Shown: one piece after another, positions 51,330-64,000 of the stretch
Position numbering within the stretch: position 1 is the first letter of the stretch
How the letters are laid out: each line of letters starts with the position of its first letter
Source of the DNA: Octopus bimaculoides
Taxonomy: Eukaryota
Assembly: GCF_001194135.2 (NCBI RefSeq)
Contig: NC_068984.1
Location: forward strand, 104,684,257-104,748,256
Direction: 5' to 3'
Length of the DNA stretch: 64,000 nt
Program-made: the position numbers and the translations under genes
Notes under the pieces: model-generated
Database searches by the model: none
What the model was told of the DNA's origin: nothing
Seen by the model: only the letters and a program-made list of their open reading frames with translations

Positions 51330-52247
51330 ACAGTAGCAGTAAAATAATTAGAAAGAAAAACAAGTAAAGTTGCTAATGAAAGTGTTCTGTGAGAAATAAC
51401 TAACTCAAACAAGCCAATTATATCCTGAAAATAAAATCGATCTTTGATAAATTATTGCCAGGAGAAAATACATAAAGGCAAAAAATACATTTGAAGGAAA
51501 TACAAGAAATATTACAAAACATTTCAAAGTAGGAGACAAAGTTCATTTTAAAAATTACAAAAATGGTAAAGAAGGTTGGGAGGATGGCTGTGTAATCAAA
51601 ATATTAGGTAAAATGATGTATTTAATTAAAGGACAACGTTTGGAACATATGAGACACCTTAACCAGGTAAAGATGAGACATACAGAAGAATGAAGGGTAA
51701 TACCAATGGAAGTCTTCTATGATATGTTTGAAGTGCTAGAACCAAGAGATATTGAACCCCATAGAACATCTGAAAGTTATACCTAAACAGAAAAGATATT
51801 AAATTTTCAAAAAAAAAAAAGTGTTAACAAGAGCGCTTAGTACGATGAAAAGAAAAAGTGCTGTGTGCAACGAACAATACTACTTTAAAAGTCGGGCAAC
51901 AATTAAGATACAACAGCTAAAAAAAAAAGGGAGAGAGGTGCTGGAAAGAAAAAAAAGAAAAAGAAAAGAAATTCCACTTTCTCACAGTAGTCGAAATCTC
52001 AAAAGGGGAGATGTGATGAGAGTTACGATGTCCCTTTGCAAGAGATAGATAGACTGGTCCAAGTAAAGTATATATAGTAATGATCTGAGTGAATTCAGAG
52101 TTCGGAGTCAAGTGAAGATTGTGTTAGTTCACAGTGAAGTCAGAAGGTGTTGGTTGGTTAGTTCACAAGAGGGATTTTTTAGTTTATTACATTGTTTTTA
52201 CAGTTGTCTGGTTATCTTATTTATTGTACATAAATTACATTACAACA
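51330..52247 (+). mobile_element. Ty3/Gypsy relic 3: integrase C-terminus, PPT and 3' LTR
   Basis: KHFKVGDKVHFKNYKNGKEGWEDG…RHLNQVK; PPT AAAAGGGGAGA at 52001-52011; LTR TGTGATG…ACAACA about 52012-52247. Confidence 0.8.
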
Positions 52248-52424
52248 ATATAAGAGAGACATGAAGCATCATTATCATCAATAACAACAACATTGTTTTA
52301 ACATCTATTTTTCAACGCTTGCATGGGTCAAAAGGATTTCATTAAGGTAGATTTTCTGTAGCCAGATGCCCTTCCTGTTGACAATTTGCACCTGTTTCCA
52401 AACAAGGTTATATTTCCCCTGGAC

Positions 52425-55360
52425 ATGTGGATGGAGTAAAGTTTCAGCCAAACTGAAAGTAACATGATAGTGGAATGATAAGGTGAGAACTTAAGGCTAA
52501 GAGACAGGATTGGAAAGCCTGGAAGAATGGTAGCAGTAGGGAGTGTTAACTAATGGTGTGAAAGGCAGCTGGACACTAGGTGTATTTGGCTAAAGATGAT
52601 GCAGAAAGGAAGAAATCTGCATATGTCCTGCATCAGGAGGATCAAAGACATGAATTGTTCAAAATTACAAGAAAATTTGTGAAAGAGAACAGAGATGTCA
52701 TTGGTGAGAAGTATGTTCAGAATGATGAAAATGCACTTACCATTGAGATGGAAGACATGAAAATGACATGGAATTATTTTTATTAAAAGCTGCTGAATAT
52801 GTAGAATGCATGGGGTAAAAAGGAGCTACCTTATGTTGACTCTATAGAAGGACCAACAATTCAGGTTGATAGCAACTTGAAAGATAAAGCAATCAAGGGC
52901 ATGAAACAAGAGAAGGCTGTAGGCCCACCATGGATAGTTACAGAGATGCTCAAAATATCTAGTGAGGTAGTTAAGATACACAAATACCATCTGGATAATC
53001 AATCAAGTCATACAAGTTGTCATCCTGAATAACTGGCATAGAAGTATTATTGTAAACTGCTACAATGACAGAGATGATGCTTTTGAGAAATGCAAGCAAC
53101 TAGAAAGGGATCAAGCTGCCAGATCATGTTATGAAGGTCCCAGAAAGAGTGGTAGCATAGTTAATTCATGACAGAGTGAACTTAGTTTGGCTTTGCTCAT
53201 AGAAAAAGCATCACAAATGCAAACTTCATTGTGACACAAATGCAGGAGAAATATCTGGCTAAAAATAAGTTGCTATTCTTGGCTTTTATTGATCCAGAGA
53301 AAGTATTCAACAGAGTACCAAGCTCAGTAATTTGGTGATCTTTGAGGAAACTAGGTTTGGATGAATGGCTTGTAAGGGCTGTACGAGCTGTATACAATGA
53401 CGGAGTGATCAAAGTAAGAGCTGACAATAATTTCAGTGACAAATTTAGTGTAAAGGTAAGGATTCATCAAGGGCCAGTCAACAGTTCTCTCCTATTCATC
53501 CTAAGGGCTGTCACAGAAGAGTTTAAGACTGCATATCTTTGAAAACTCTGATATGCTCAAGACCTAGCTCTCATAGCTACATTTATAGGAGAATTAGAGA
53601 GGAAATTTTGGGTATGGAAGCTAAACCTAGAATTAAGAAGTTTTAAGGGAAACTTAGCAAAGATGAAGGTTCTAATAAGTAGGAAAGAAGACAGAACTCT
53701 GGTATCTTAAGGAAAATGGCCTTGAAAAGGAGTATGCATAAACTCCATATGCATAATACTCAATGCAAACTTTAGACACACAAGATATGTGGAATCAAAG
53801 GCAGCTTAGCAGAGAATATGAGCTTCATAGGTAATAGATGTGCTGGAGCAGTACTTACTATGAACACTTTGAAAATAGATGTTCTTGAATGCTGGAATGG
53901 TTCACTAGAATTAGTTGATAGCTTGTATTACTTTGGAGCAAGGGAGATGGCTGCACTAAAAGTTTAATAGGCAGAGTAAGAACAGGTTGAAGAAAATTCA
54001 GAGAGCTATTGTTACTGTTGACAACAAAGGTCTTTTCTAACAGAGTAAAGGACAGATTGTATGTTGTTTGTGTTAGAACTGAAATGCTGTATGATAGTGA
54101 GATATGGAGCTTGACTGCTGAAGGGTTGAGAAGACTGGAAAAAGCGTAAAGTGAGCATGCTCTGTTGGATGTGCAATGTAAGTGTAAAGGAATTACACAG
54201 TAAAAATGCGCTGAGAGAAAAACTAGGCATAAGAGGAATCTTTGCATGAAAGGAGAGTGTGCTGGTATGGACATGTGATACATATGGATGAGGACAGACG
54301 TGTAAAAAAATGCTGGTCACTAGATGGAAAAGGGTGACCCAGAAAGATACATGATGAAGTAACCAAATCTGATCTCAGGACCTTGAGTCTCATGGAGGAG
54401 ATGACAAAAGACCAGGATTTCTGGTGATATAAGGTTCTTAAGAAAACTTACCCACCTTTGTGAAATTGCAATTGACTTCTAGAAGCACTGTGTGCATATA
54501 TGTGCATAAATGGAAACATTGCCCAAACTCCTCCAAACATCTCTCTGACTGTCTCTCCGTCCACCTTCATATCATCCTATTTTTTGCTCCCTGCAACATT
54601 TCATTTGTTAGCCGCTCTTCATCCATAAATTACTGTTCTCCTCACATGTTAGCGATTCTTTCCCCACCTACTGAACCACCAATCTGTCTCCCCACATGCA
54701 CTACACTTGCTTCTCTCAACCCTCCCCACTCCTGTAGTGTACCCAACTACTTGTCATCTCTCTCTTGCCACACCCCTCCACTCTCTTTTACACCCTTCTA
54801 CCTTCCTCAACTATGACATCATAGATCATCTATAACTCTCTACATTCACACTGCAAATCATACTCAATCTTGGAAGCTATTGCCTACCTCCCATTACCTC
54901 ATTTTCTACTCTTCCATACACTCCTGCAAACTCTCATGCACCCACACTTCTAGTTTCACTGTTTCAACACACTTCTACTCACCTCATACCTTGAGGAGAC
55001 ACCTTGTCTTGAAGCTCTTACTGACCATCTCAAATGTTCCTCCTAAAGTCGAGTAGAACCTACTTTCCCCCTCCCTCCTTCCCTCCTCCCATACTCTCAT
55101 CTCTTCACACAAATACTGATCCCCCATTGGAGTTTTGTCATCTGGCACATTGCATAGCGACCTCGCTAGTGCTGCAAAAAGCATCCACTACACATTGTAT
55201 TGTGGTTGGCATTAGGAAATACATCTAGCCATAGAAACCATATCAAAGCAGACACTGGAGCACAATGCAATGCTTGGACCCATCAGATTATGTCAAACCA
55301 TGCAATCAATGCCAGCATGGAACACAGACATTAAATTTATGATGATAATGAGATGATGAG
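52425..55360 (+). mobile_element. Long decayed RTE-clade LINE (RT, C-terminus, long 3' UTR, (ATG)n-like tail)
   Basis: AFIDPEKVFNRVP, LRKLGLDEWLVRAV, VRIHQGPV, YAQDL and MLCWMCNV; the C/T-rich UTR ends in the family tail at about 55130-55360. Linking the UTR to the ORF is inferred. Confidence 0.75.
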
Positions 55361-55599
55361 ACATGTTTTCACTGAAGTTTGAAAATGTGGTAAAGATTAG
55401 GCATTTTGAATTATGAATGCTATATGATCAGTTAATTTCTAAAAAGTTCTACTGACAGTGAATAATTCTTGTAATATTTTAGATCCATTTTAGAATTAAC
55501 AATTGATAAATTCCCAGATATGACACTTAAAAAATAAAATCTACTATAAAATTGATGCTTATTTTTTAAATATCTGTTTACATTGCATTTTACACAGAT

Positions 55600-56195
55600 A
55601 TAAGTGGAATAATTCTTTCCCATCTTGTCCAGAATGTTGATTTTCTGGAAGCTGTCCAAAGATGTGCAACCAGATGAAAACCTTCTGTTGGTCACCATAT
55701 CTTGAAGGTATTTCTTTTTGGGGAATTGAGACACTAAAGTTTTAAAATCTAGCAACTGACTTGATAGAAACTCACAAGATTACCCACCATGTTTCTAACA
55801 ACAACTGTGGCTATCTTTTTGAATTCAATACTACCACTTGTGAATAGCATGACTTTTGGAATCATTTTTTCATGTTCAGAATTGTCAAAGCATGGAATAA
55901 ATTACCATGTCAGTTAATAACTATCAAGACACTGCATCCTTCAAAAATACTGTTTCTTGAAATTTGCTAACACTACTTCTGACATACCTATTGTACCTTT
56001 TCCTCTTTATGGCTCTATTATTGTTCACTTCTCTGTCTTTTACATTTTATTCTGTGTACTGTGCATGCATTTTTAGTTTCCATTGCTGTCTTTCTTTACT
56101 TAACTTGTTGCTTTCTGTTCTTTCTTTCAACCTTTTCTGACAAGTACTATGCTTTTGAGTACTGTATACAATAAGCTCATTATCATTATTATTTA
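55600..56195 (+). mobile_element. CR1-clade LINE 3' fragment
   Basis: NVDFLEAVQRCATR and FFMFRIVKAWNKLP motifs; ends aataagctcattatcattattatt. Confidence 0.8.
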
Positions 56196-56278
56196 AATCA
56201 TTTACAGCAAGATACCATTTCTCATGTCATATATACAAATTTTAAGTAGATTGAAATGATATTACAGGGAATAAAACA

Positions 56279-56476
56279 ATATTGGTTTCAAATATCGGCA
56301 CAAGAACAGTAATTTTGGGTGGTGGGATAAGTTTATTACATTGACGCAAGAGACTCAACTAGAACTTATTTTATTGACCCTGAAAGGATGAAAGGCAAAG
56401 CTGACCTTAGCGGAATTTGAACTCAGAATGTAAAGATGGACAAAATGCTGCTAAGATTCTGCCAGCTCAGTACCTT
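56279..56476 (-). mobile_element. SINE family A copy
   Basis: Family core and tail. Confidence 0.8.
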
Positions 56477-57717
56477 AGGGAAATAAAACAATATTAAAGG
56501 TAAGCTTTAAACACAATTTGTTTTGAACATTTTAACTAATTATCTTGTTAAAAGAGATGTGCTCATGACCTTTACAGACCTTCCAAAAACTAGACAATGA
56601 AGTTGAGCCTTAATTTGAACATCTGAATGTTATTACTTGTGGCCATGGTGTGAGTTCTAGAGAAATCTGTTGTCTGAGTAATAATGTGTATAGATATTTA
56701 GTGTGGAAGAAGTAAACTTGTTGAGCAGAAGAGAAGCTGTTGCATTTATATAGGTTCAGATAGAGGTAGTACACAACTTGCTAATTTAGAGAAACTAATT
56801 TAGAGGTAGTACACAACTTGCTAATCTGATTCACAAACAATGATATACAGAGAAGAAACAGACCATATGTAAACCAGTGGTTGTAGCATGTTAATAAGTG
56901 AAGGTTTACTAGTGAAACAGATGGAAGTATTTCTTGATGTAGTTTAGTGTCTGTAGGTATAGCAGTGGTATGTAAACAATACAGTCTAGTCTTTGGGATG
57001 TAGTTTTGGTTTAGCTTATAGACATATGATCTCTGTAAAGCTGTATAGTACATGATCACTATAAAGATGTGTGATGTGATCACTGTAAAGATGTGTAGTG
57101 TGTGGCCACTGCAGAGATGGTACATTTAACTTGTATTTATGATGTGACCACAATAGTCACAGCTGAAACAAGCTAAAAATGATTTATAATCATAATTCAT
57201 TATATTACTTTCAAGTTTGAGCACATACACCAATGCTTATTATAAATTTGATAATGACATTAACTTAAGGTAAAATGGTTTAAATTATGAATTAAGGTCA
57301 TGTTATGTGAATAATAAAAATGCTTTCAATAGTTTTGGGGATTAAGTAAGTTTGCATACATTCCTATTAGTATTCAAAGTTTACTTGTTTGCTTGCCATT
57401 TATCAAGTGTATATTTTAAAATTATCATATAAAAGAGAAAGTGTGTCTATACAGTTTGAATATTTAAATCAATTTTGGTGAAAGGATTAATAAACTGAAC
57501 TGAGGTACTTTTCTACAAACCATGTTCAGCACTATTTAAATAGATATATTGCAGTATTGTAGCATGTGTCAAATTTAAGGAACTGAACTTGTATGAATGG
57601 CAAGTAATATATCTTCTCCAAGTTGATGTATACAACTTTAATTTACATAAAAATTTGCCTCTCTCTTTCTCTTTTCTCTCACTGTGTGTGTGTGTGTGTG
57701 TGTGTATATATTCTTCT

Positions 57718-58108
57718 ATTCTTTTATTCTTTTATTTGTTTCAGTCATTTGACTGTGGCCATGCTGGAGCACCACCTTTAGTTGAGCAAATTAACCCAAG
57801 ACTTATTCTTTGTAGCTTATTCTGTCAGTCTCTTTTGCTAAACCACTAAGTTAAGGGGACATAAACACACAGCATCGGTTGTCAAGCAACGTTGGGGGAG
57901 GAGGGACAAACACAGGCACACACACACACACACCACATATATATACAATGGGCTTCTTTAAGTTTCTGTTTTCCACATCCACTCACAAGGCTTTGGTCAG
58001 CCCAAAGCTATAGTAGAAGACACTTGCCCAAGGTGCTACTCAGTGGGACTGAATCTGGAACCATGGGGCTGGTAGGCAAGCTACTTACCACACAGCCACT
58101 CCTGCACC
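57718..58108 (-). mobile_element. tRNA-derived SINE family B, full length
   Basis: Head ends …accacacagccactcctgcacct; tail tcttttatttgtttcagtcatttgactgtggccatgctgg. Confidence 0.88.
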
Positions 58109-58658
58109 TATACGTCTATATTCTATTGAAAATTTATGTTGGTTTAGCAAAAAGTTGAGTAAAAATCTATAGCATTTTGATATGATGTTGATATGTATGA
58201 AATTATCCAAAAATCAGAAAGTATATATTCTAAAGATCAATGACTGGACGGTTAAGAAGTTTGCTTTACAATCATGATATCCCATGTTCAATCTCACTGG
58301 ATGACATTTCCGACAAACGTTCTTTGAATCAAAGACTCAGGTTGAGTGAAACTGGAGTTGATGAAAACTATGAGGAAACCAATCAGATGGATTGCTCCTG
58401 TAATTTAAAGATTCACTCTTGTCATGCTTTTTTACAGCGATTCCACCTGTATATTGTGTTAAGGGCACACATGTATATGAAATACTCAGTTATTTCCTTA
58501 TTCAATGAGCAGGTGCTTCTACTGATTAAATGACTAAAGATTCATTGTTAAAATCAAAATGAAATCCATTTAAAATACCAATTACATTAGAACTAAATCA
58601 TTTTAAGGAGTTTTTAAAGACCATTTTAAATACATATGTGTGTGTGTATGTGTATATA

Positions 58659-58785
58659 CAGGGTTTGGACAAAATAATAGAAACACCTTAAAATTTCAAA
58701 CAAATTTATTTTAATATGGGGTAGGACTGCCTTTGGCAGTAATTACAGCTAGAATTCTATGAGGTATATACTCTATGAGGTATAG
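58659..58785 (-). mobile_element. Tc1-like transposon 3' terminal fragment
   Basis: TA|CAGGGTTTGGACAAAATAAT terminus; minus strand EYIPHRILAVITAKGSPTPY* is a typical Tc1 C-terminus. A TTAA-MITE end abuts it at about 58785-58826. Confidence 0.75.
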
Positions 58786-59496
58786 ACATCACATTTGACA
58801 GAGTAATATGAATGCTAAAGAGTTAAAGCAAACTGATTTTAGAGTTGTAGGGAATTACAACTCTAAAATTCATTTTGCATTAAATACTTCTCTACTAGAA
58901 ATCGTTCATTAAAAAAAAAATTACTTCTGAAAATATGAAAGTCAAAAAAATAGAATTAATATGATGAAAACAACATCCATTTCTGCATGTGTTAAGAATG
59001 AAATAATGCTGAAATATAAACCAGTTTTAAAAAGAAATATATAATATGATGATAGGATTTTATTCCAAATGAATGGCACCATATGGACAAAAACGTTTTA
59101 TTTGAGTTTCTACAGAATGTGTCTGCAAGAATTGCAAAAATTCCATGCAATAGCAGGAAAATAACAAGGATCAAGATAAAGTTGAATACTTAATAATAGT
59201 TTGATTCTTTTTTTCTTTTTTCTTTAAAGGAAGGAACATATCCTTTGACTAAGTTAGATTAAGAGCATTTTTATTGATCAACATTTTTACGATGCTATAT
59301 GATACCCATGTAGGAAGAATGGATAGGAATGTTAAAAGAGGGCTCCTATATGGATTTGTGTAATACAGTGTTACATTTTCTAACAAGGTTAAAATAAAGT
59401 CTAACAAATACAACGTTTTTCATCATGGTTACAAGATATGTAATAAATATTTACAAAATTAAATCAAGAATTTTAATGATTTAGTTTAATACTTAC

Positions 59497-59625
59497 TTGG
59501 TCATAGGCATTAATATTGGCTTCATTTCTTATGAGAACAACAACTACGTCTTCACAGCTTTTGTTACAAGCATGATGTAATGCAGTCTTTTCAAGAGTAT
59601 CTTTAAGCTCAATATCAGCACCAGC
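59497..59625 (-). CDS. Ankyrin-repeat protein, internal coding exon A (129 nt, phase 0/0)
   Basis: Minus strand: acceptor tttgtttccatttccAG, donor CAA|GTAAGT. Translates AGADIELKDTLEKTALHHACNKSCEDVVVVLIRNEANINAYDQ, fitting the ankyrin consensus (GAD..D, TALHxA, VxxLI, ANINAxD). Confidence 0.9.
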
Positions 59626-59691
59626 CTGGAAATGGAAACAAATTCCAGTAATTAATTATAAAATATAAGTGTTTTAAAATTTTCAATTTAA

Positions 59692-60019
59692 CCTCTTTGT
59701 TCCCATATTCCTACTGAAAAGCACTGTCTTTGTTTCAATTAATTCTTAAAATAATGATGAATTTTGTAAAATAGTGTGTCAATAGCCAGCTGGAGACGAT
59801 GTTTCCTGGGGCTAATTATTAGTAACATTCATCCTAACCAGGACTGCCACATTATGTCGATAAATAATCCTTACATTTTTGTAAAATAACTTTATAGTTA
59901 TTATTATTATTAAGCTGATGTTATGAATATAAATTAATATTTTGATTTGCATCATTATAAAACAGGAAATTAGTCTTATAAAATCAGCGGTAGTCATTGG
60001 TGAATTGGTATCAAAAGAG
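59692..60019. mobile_element. TTAA-type (piggyBac-like) MITE, diverged
   Basis: TTAA|CCTCTTTGTT…AAAAGAG|TTAG ends. Confidence 0.5.
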
Positions 60020-61173
60020 TTAGATATATTTTTATAAAAAATAAACCCTGAATCTAATTTTTCCAAATGAGAAAAATATTAGTGTTCAAATAAGCAATTA
60101 CAACAACAAAAACTGAATTAAATTATCATTTACACTGAAAAACTAAATTGATTTAGATTAACAAAGAAAAAAGAAAACAAAGAAATTAGGTTCTGCTCAA
60201 GTAAAGATTACTTGATAAAGCAATGATCAAAGCAGTGATTCAATGAACATTGTTTTTATTGATTGATTGATTTTATGCCAATGAAATCTGATCTGCATTA
60301 CTTATTTCTTCTCCAACTCAGCTATACATTATAATGGTTTTGAAGATTTCTATATTATATACAATATATTGATACAGGTGAGTTCATAAGTTCCTTCAGA
60401 GCAGGTTATATCATACCAAACCTTTTATCTTTCCCACTGAATATGATAGGTACATTTTTATTTCTATTATTTTTTAATGCATTCATTTCCTCATGTGTTT
60501 ACTTATTATCTGATTCTTGTTTGTAAAAGAGTTGAAATGGTTTCAACCATTAATAGGGTCATAAGTCTAGAATCTATAATTGTAAAAGTATACATATTTG
60601 ATTAAAGAAAGTAGCACAAAATTACTACAGGTAGTATGGATGCACTAGAGAAAATGTATAGCAAACCAAACAAGTTCTTTGTGGCTGATAGTGATTTAAT
60701 CAATTAAGAAGATGAAAACAAGTTGTAGAACCTGTAGAAGTTTTTGATGAGATTCTAAAACACTAATATTGGTGAGTATAATACAAGTCGCATACTTAGC
60801 AAATCAAATTGTATTGGAAAACAATATCTAAGTAAGTGACTTCATATCATCACTGTTAACTGTTGCAAAAACAAAATATGAGGTGTGGGTTATAGAAGTC
60901 TCAAGTAAATTAATCAGTTAAGAAGGTAAATGAGAGATCCATAGCAAAATTAAGATTGTACATGATAAAGTTTTGGATATACTAAAGTGTAGAATTACAA
61001 AGAGTATATTTTTATACAACCATGAAGGAAAGTCTTGGCTAAGAATAGACATTTGTATTTTACACTTGACAAAAATAAAATATTCAAAATCTTTGATAGT
61101 GGCCTTTGCTTACTAATCTGTTACAGCACATGCCCTGATACTACTACTACTATAGAGTAGTTCACTAAAAGTT

Positions 61174-61374
61174 GTTGATCATTTATTTAAATAACACACA
61201 CTACAAGAATGACCGACAAGAGGTGTTCTGACTAAGTATGAGTAAAGTAAATATTGGTTCCAAATTACCAGAGTTGATCAGTTATTTAAATAACATACAC
61301 TACAAAAATGACTGACAAGAGGTGTTCAGTCTAAGTATGAGTAAAGTAAATGTTGGTTCCAAATTGTCAGAGTT
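61174..61374. repeat. 99-bp tandem duplication
   Basis: Two copies starting gttgatca at 61174 and 61273. Confidence 0.9.
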
Positions 61375-61579
61375 CTGTCTTCAAGTTTGAAGAAAGAAGT
61401 TTCAGATAATATCCACAAAATCTATGACAACAGTAACTTCTTTATTACAATGAAATCAAAACAAGCCTAAAAACAAATGTGAAACTTAAGAAAGTGAGCT
61501 TCAAAGAAAAAAATGTGAATTTAGTTAAAAGAAAGGTCATGTTTAAAAACAAGAATTGTAAAAATGAAACAGTAATTAA

Positions 61580-61780
61580 CCCTTTAGCATTGAGAAAACA
61601 CCATCTATTATAATGCTTATTTATTCACATCGTTTTGAATTAATCATGCAATATTTTGTAACTTTGTGATTTCAATGATGTAATTATATAGGGTAGGTGT
61701 GATGGGCCAGATCTAGCCAATCTGAACATAAAACGGGTAGAATGTTTGAGCCAGAAATGGCCAGTTTTAATGCTAAAGAG
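61580..61780. mobile_element. TTAA-type (piggyBac-like) MITE, 201 bp
   Basis: TTAA|CCCTTTAGCATT … AATGCTAAAGAG|TTAA. Confidence 0.85.
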
Positions 61781-62199
61781 TTAAAGAAGTAATGTAACTT
61801 TGATAAGTACACAGCAAGGGAATTGATACAGTGCCTATAGTCAGGACAGGAATGAGTACACAGTAAAGGAGTACACTGTAAGGGGATAGACACAATGCCA
61901 GTCGTGTCTAATCAGCACAATAGTGAATATAAGGTTACGGAGTATGCAATAAGGGACTACACAATTAAAGAGTACACTGTAATGGAGGAGATACAATGCC
62001 AATAATGCTTGGTCAGTACAGGAATGAGTACATGATAAGAGTGTGCACTATGTAGTGAAAAGAAAGCTGATGGAAAAACAACTAAACTTTAGTCTCAGTG
62101 TAAAAAAAGGGGGGAGTACTCAAAGGGTACTGTGAGTTTCATAGAAGTATGATAAGAGACCATCATTTTAGATACACTGAATTGCCATTGACCATTAGT

Positions 62200-62470
62200 G
62201 AAGGTATGTGGCTTTGGGTTTGATTCCCAGGCTAGATTGCATGCCGTGTTCTTGAGGAAAACACTTTAATTTATATTACTTTCATGCTGTTTGGAGACCC
62301 GCATGTCAAAGATTGGTCCCAGCATTTCCTCTGTATGCTGTAAAAGATGACTAAAAGGGGGTTGAGGTAAGATTTTCGCTCCAGTCTCGTAAAACCCTCC
62401 CCAACAACGACTATCCAAACAGACCCATGGGCTGGCAGGTTGTTGCCTGAGTGGTGCAGAGGCATCATTC
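62200..62470 (+). mobile_element. Decayed tRNA-derived SINE
   Basis: B-box-like ggtttgattccc and gtgttcttgaggaaaacacttt as in family C. Confidence 0.5.
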
Positions 62471-62871
62471 ACCAGGAGTAGTGTAGGGAATCACCAACAA
62501 ATGATGGATGCAGTGATGCACTGTTACAGCATATACTCTTATACTGCTACTACTATTAGAGTTGTTCGCTGAAAGTTGTTGATCAGTTATTTAAATAACA
62601 CACACTACAAGAAAGGAGCTAATAATTAAGTCCATAATTAAAATGTGACCAAGCCTCAAAGGTGTTGTTTAATATATATAAGATGGCTGCTCATTTACAA
62701 ACATGAAACCTGAATAGATGCTGCATACTGAGTAAAACTGGATTGTGGATTGATAGTAGAAGATCAAAGAATGAGAGTTATTGAAGTTTCAAATGAGATA
62801 TTAGACATAAAATGTAAAACTACTGTAATATTGAGCCATATTACTTACATGGGATATTACTAAATGAATTG

Positions 62872-63005
62872 ATGACAATGATGATGATGATGACGAATAT
62901 GATGGTGTTGATGGTGATAAGGATGGTGGTGATGTTGATGAAGATGATGACAATGATGATAAAGATGGTGGTGGTGGTGATGATGACGACGATGATGATG
63001 ATGAT
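62872..63005. repeat. (GAT/GGT)n compound microsatellite
   Basis: Direct reading; source of the poly-His ORF. Confidence 0.9.
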
Positions 63006-63401
63006 ATTTCATAAAAAAAACATATACAGACTGAATATATTTTGACCTTTGGGTACTGGTTTCAACACACCCACTTTTCCCTAACATTGTCAGTCTTGTT
63101 TATAATATTTGTTTACATTAAAATTTAGTGATTGCATAGCATATATAATTACATAACATGTCCAATACACACCCACATATAATTAGATGAATAAATGTGT
63201 ATGTGAATATGTGTGTAATGTATCATGTGTATGTGTGTATGTAGAAAAGGGATTACACATGCATTAGGGTGTGTGTATACACATGTAGAGTAGGGAATGT
63301 AATGTGTATCTGTGTTTGTAGTAGGATGAATGATGGATTCTCATTTTCATATGAATGCATGGAAATTAGATGTCAGAACTACCACAGAAATATATGCTAT
63401 A

Positions 63402-63472
<71 letters not shown>

Positions 63473-63545
63473 TGTGAGTGTGTGTGTGTGGTGTGTGTGG
63501 CATGTGTGTGTGTTGTGGGCATGTGTGTATTGTATGCATGTGTGT
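63402..63545. repeat. (GT)n microsatellite; similar long tracts at 7050-7120, 8655-8945 and 34780-34855
   Basis: Direct reading. Confidence 0.95.
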
Positions 63546-64000
63546 ATATATAAATATACATACATTATAGACATATTTGTTTGTGTGTGTGTGTATACAC
63601 TTTAGTTTCATCAATCTAAAGAAAGTGACACAGTTACACATTTTTTGTCAGATAAGGAGGAGGAAATTAAGTATAGATAAGTGGCTGGTAAGTGATGTCA
63701 AGTACACAGATGAAGGTGCTATGATTTCCATCAATGTAAGGAATTAGAAACTGACTGAAGTCTCAGCTGAGCCTTTATTTTACTTTTTTTCGTCCTAGTA
63801 CTAAAACTCTATAGGAACTGAGTAACTCTTAAAGATTCCAGTATGGGTGTTATAAAAAGACTATACAACAATATCTAAATATAAGACTCTGACATATGAT
63901 ATATCATTAACTCAAGGAATGCCTTTAATCCCTTTGATTCCAGCCCATTTGATACCACTCTTAGTTTTATGATAGAAACTTCCTGTTTTAAAGTAATCTA

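Noticed and set aside
55432-55755. ORF containing STYICVKCNV, like a piggyBac C-terminus
   Set aside because: It is mostly the antisense of a CR1 RT fragment.
58992-59174. ORF with LLLHG…D near exon A
   Set aside because: No TPLH-type motif, no 33-aa register and no clear splice pair.
61174-61374. 99-bp period (one ankyrin unit) with RTPL in one minus frame
   Set aside because: Stops in the frames examined, and the two copies do not conserve a reading frame.

Overview
AT-rich, microsatellite-dense eukaryotic DNA with five N gaps. The repeat families suggest a coleoid cephalopod, probably Octopus; this is inferred, not database-checked. The only well-supported host gene is a minus-strand ankyrin-repeat gene with two exons (59497-59625 and 18625-18731). 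They join in frame with exact 33-aa periodicity across a ~40.8-kb interval. The rest is mostly transposon debris: a decayed full-length Ty3/Gypsy element (LTRs, PBS, PPT, 5-bp TSD) inside an R4-clade LINE and itself carrying a SINE, two more Gypsy relics, nested DD37D/maT transposons, RTE, BovB-like, CR1 and Dong-like LINE pieces, Penelope-like GIY-YIG relics, SINEs and MITEs. The most unusual signal is in the first 10 kb: three ORF-less inverted-repeat cassettes (1681-2503, 2805-2943, 9219-9846) whose arms carry outward-facing hammerhead-ribozyme motifs with a palindromic stem III and GUA cleavage triplet. One motif (1761-1829, minus strand) has an intact catalytic core. No CRISPR, rRNA or functional tRNA was seen. 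Alignments and identities are by hand; almost all listed six-frame ORFs are microsatellite, gap or TE artefacts.
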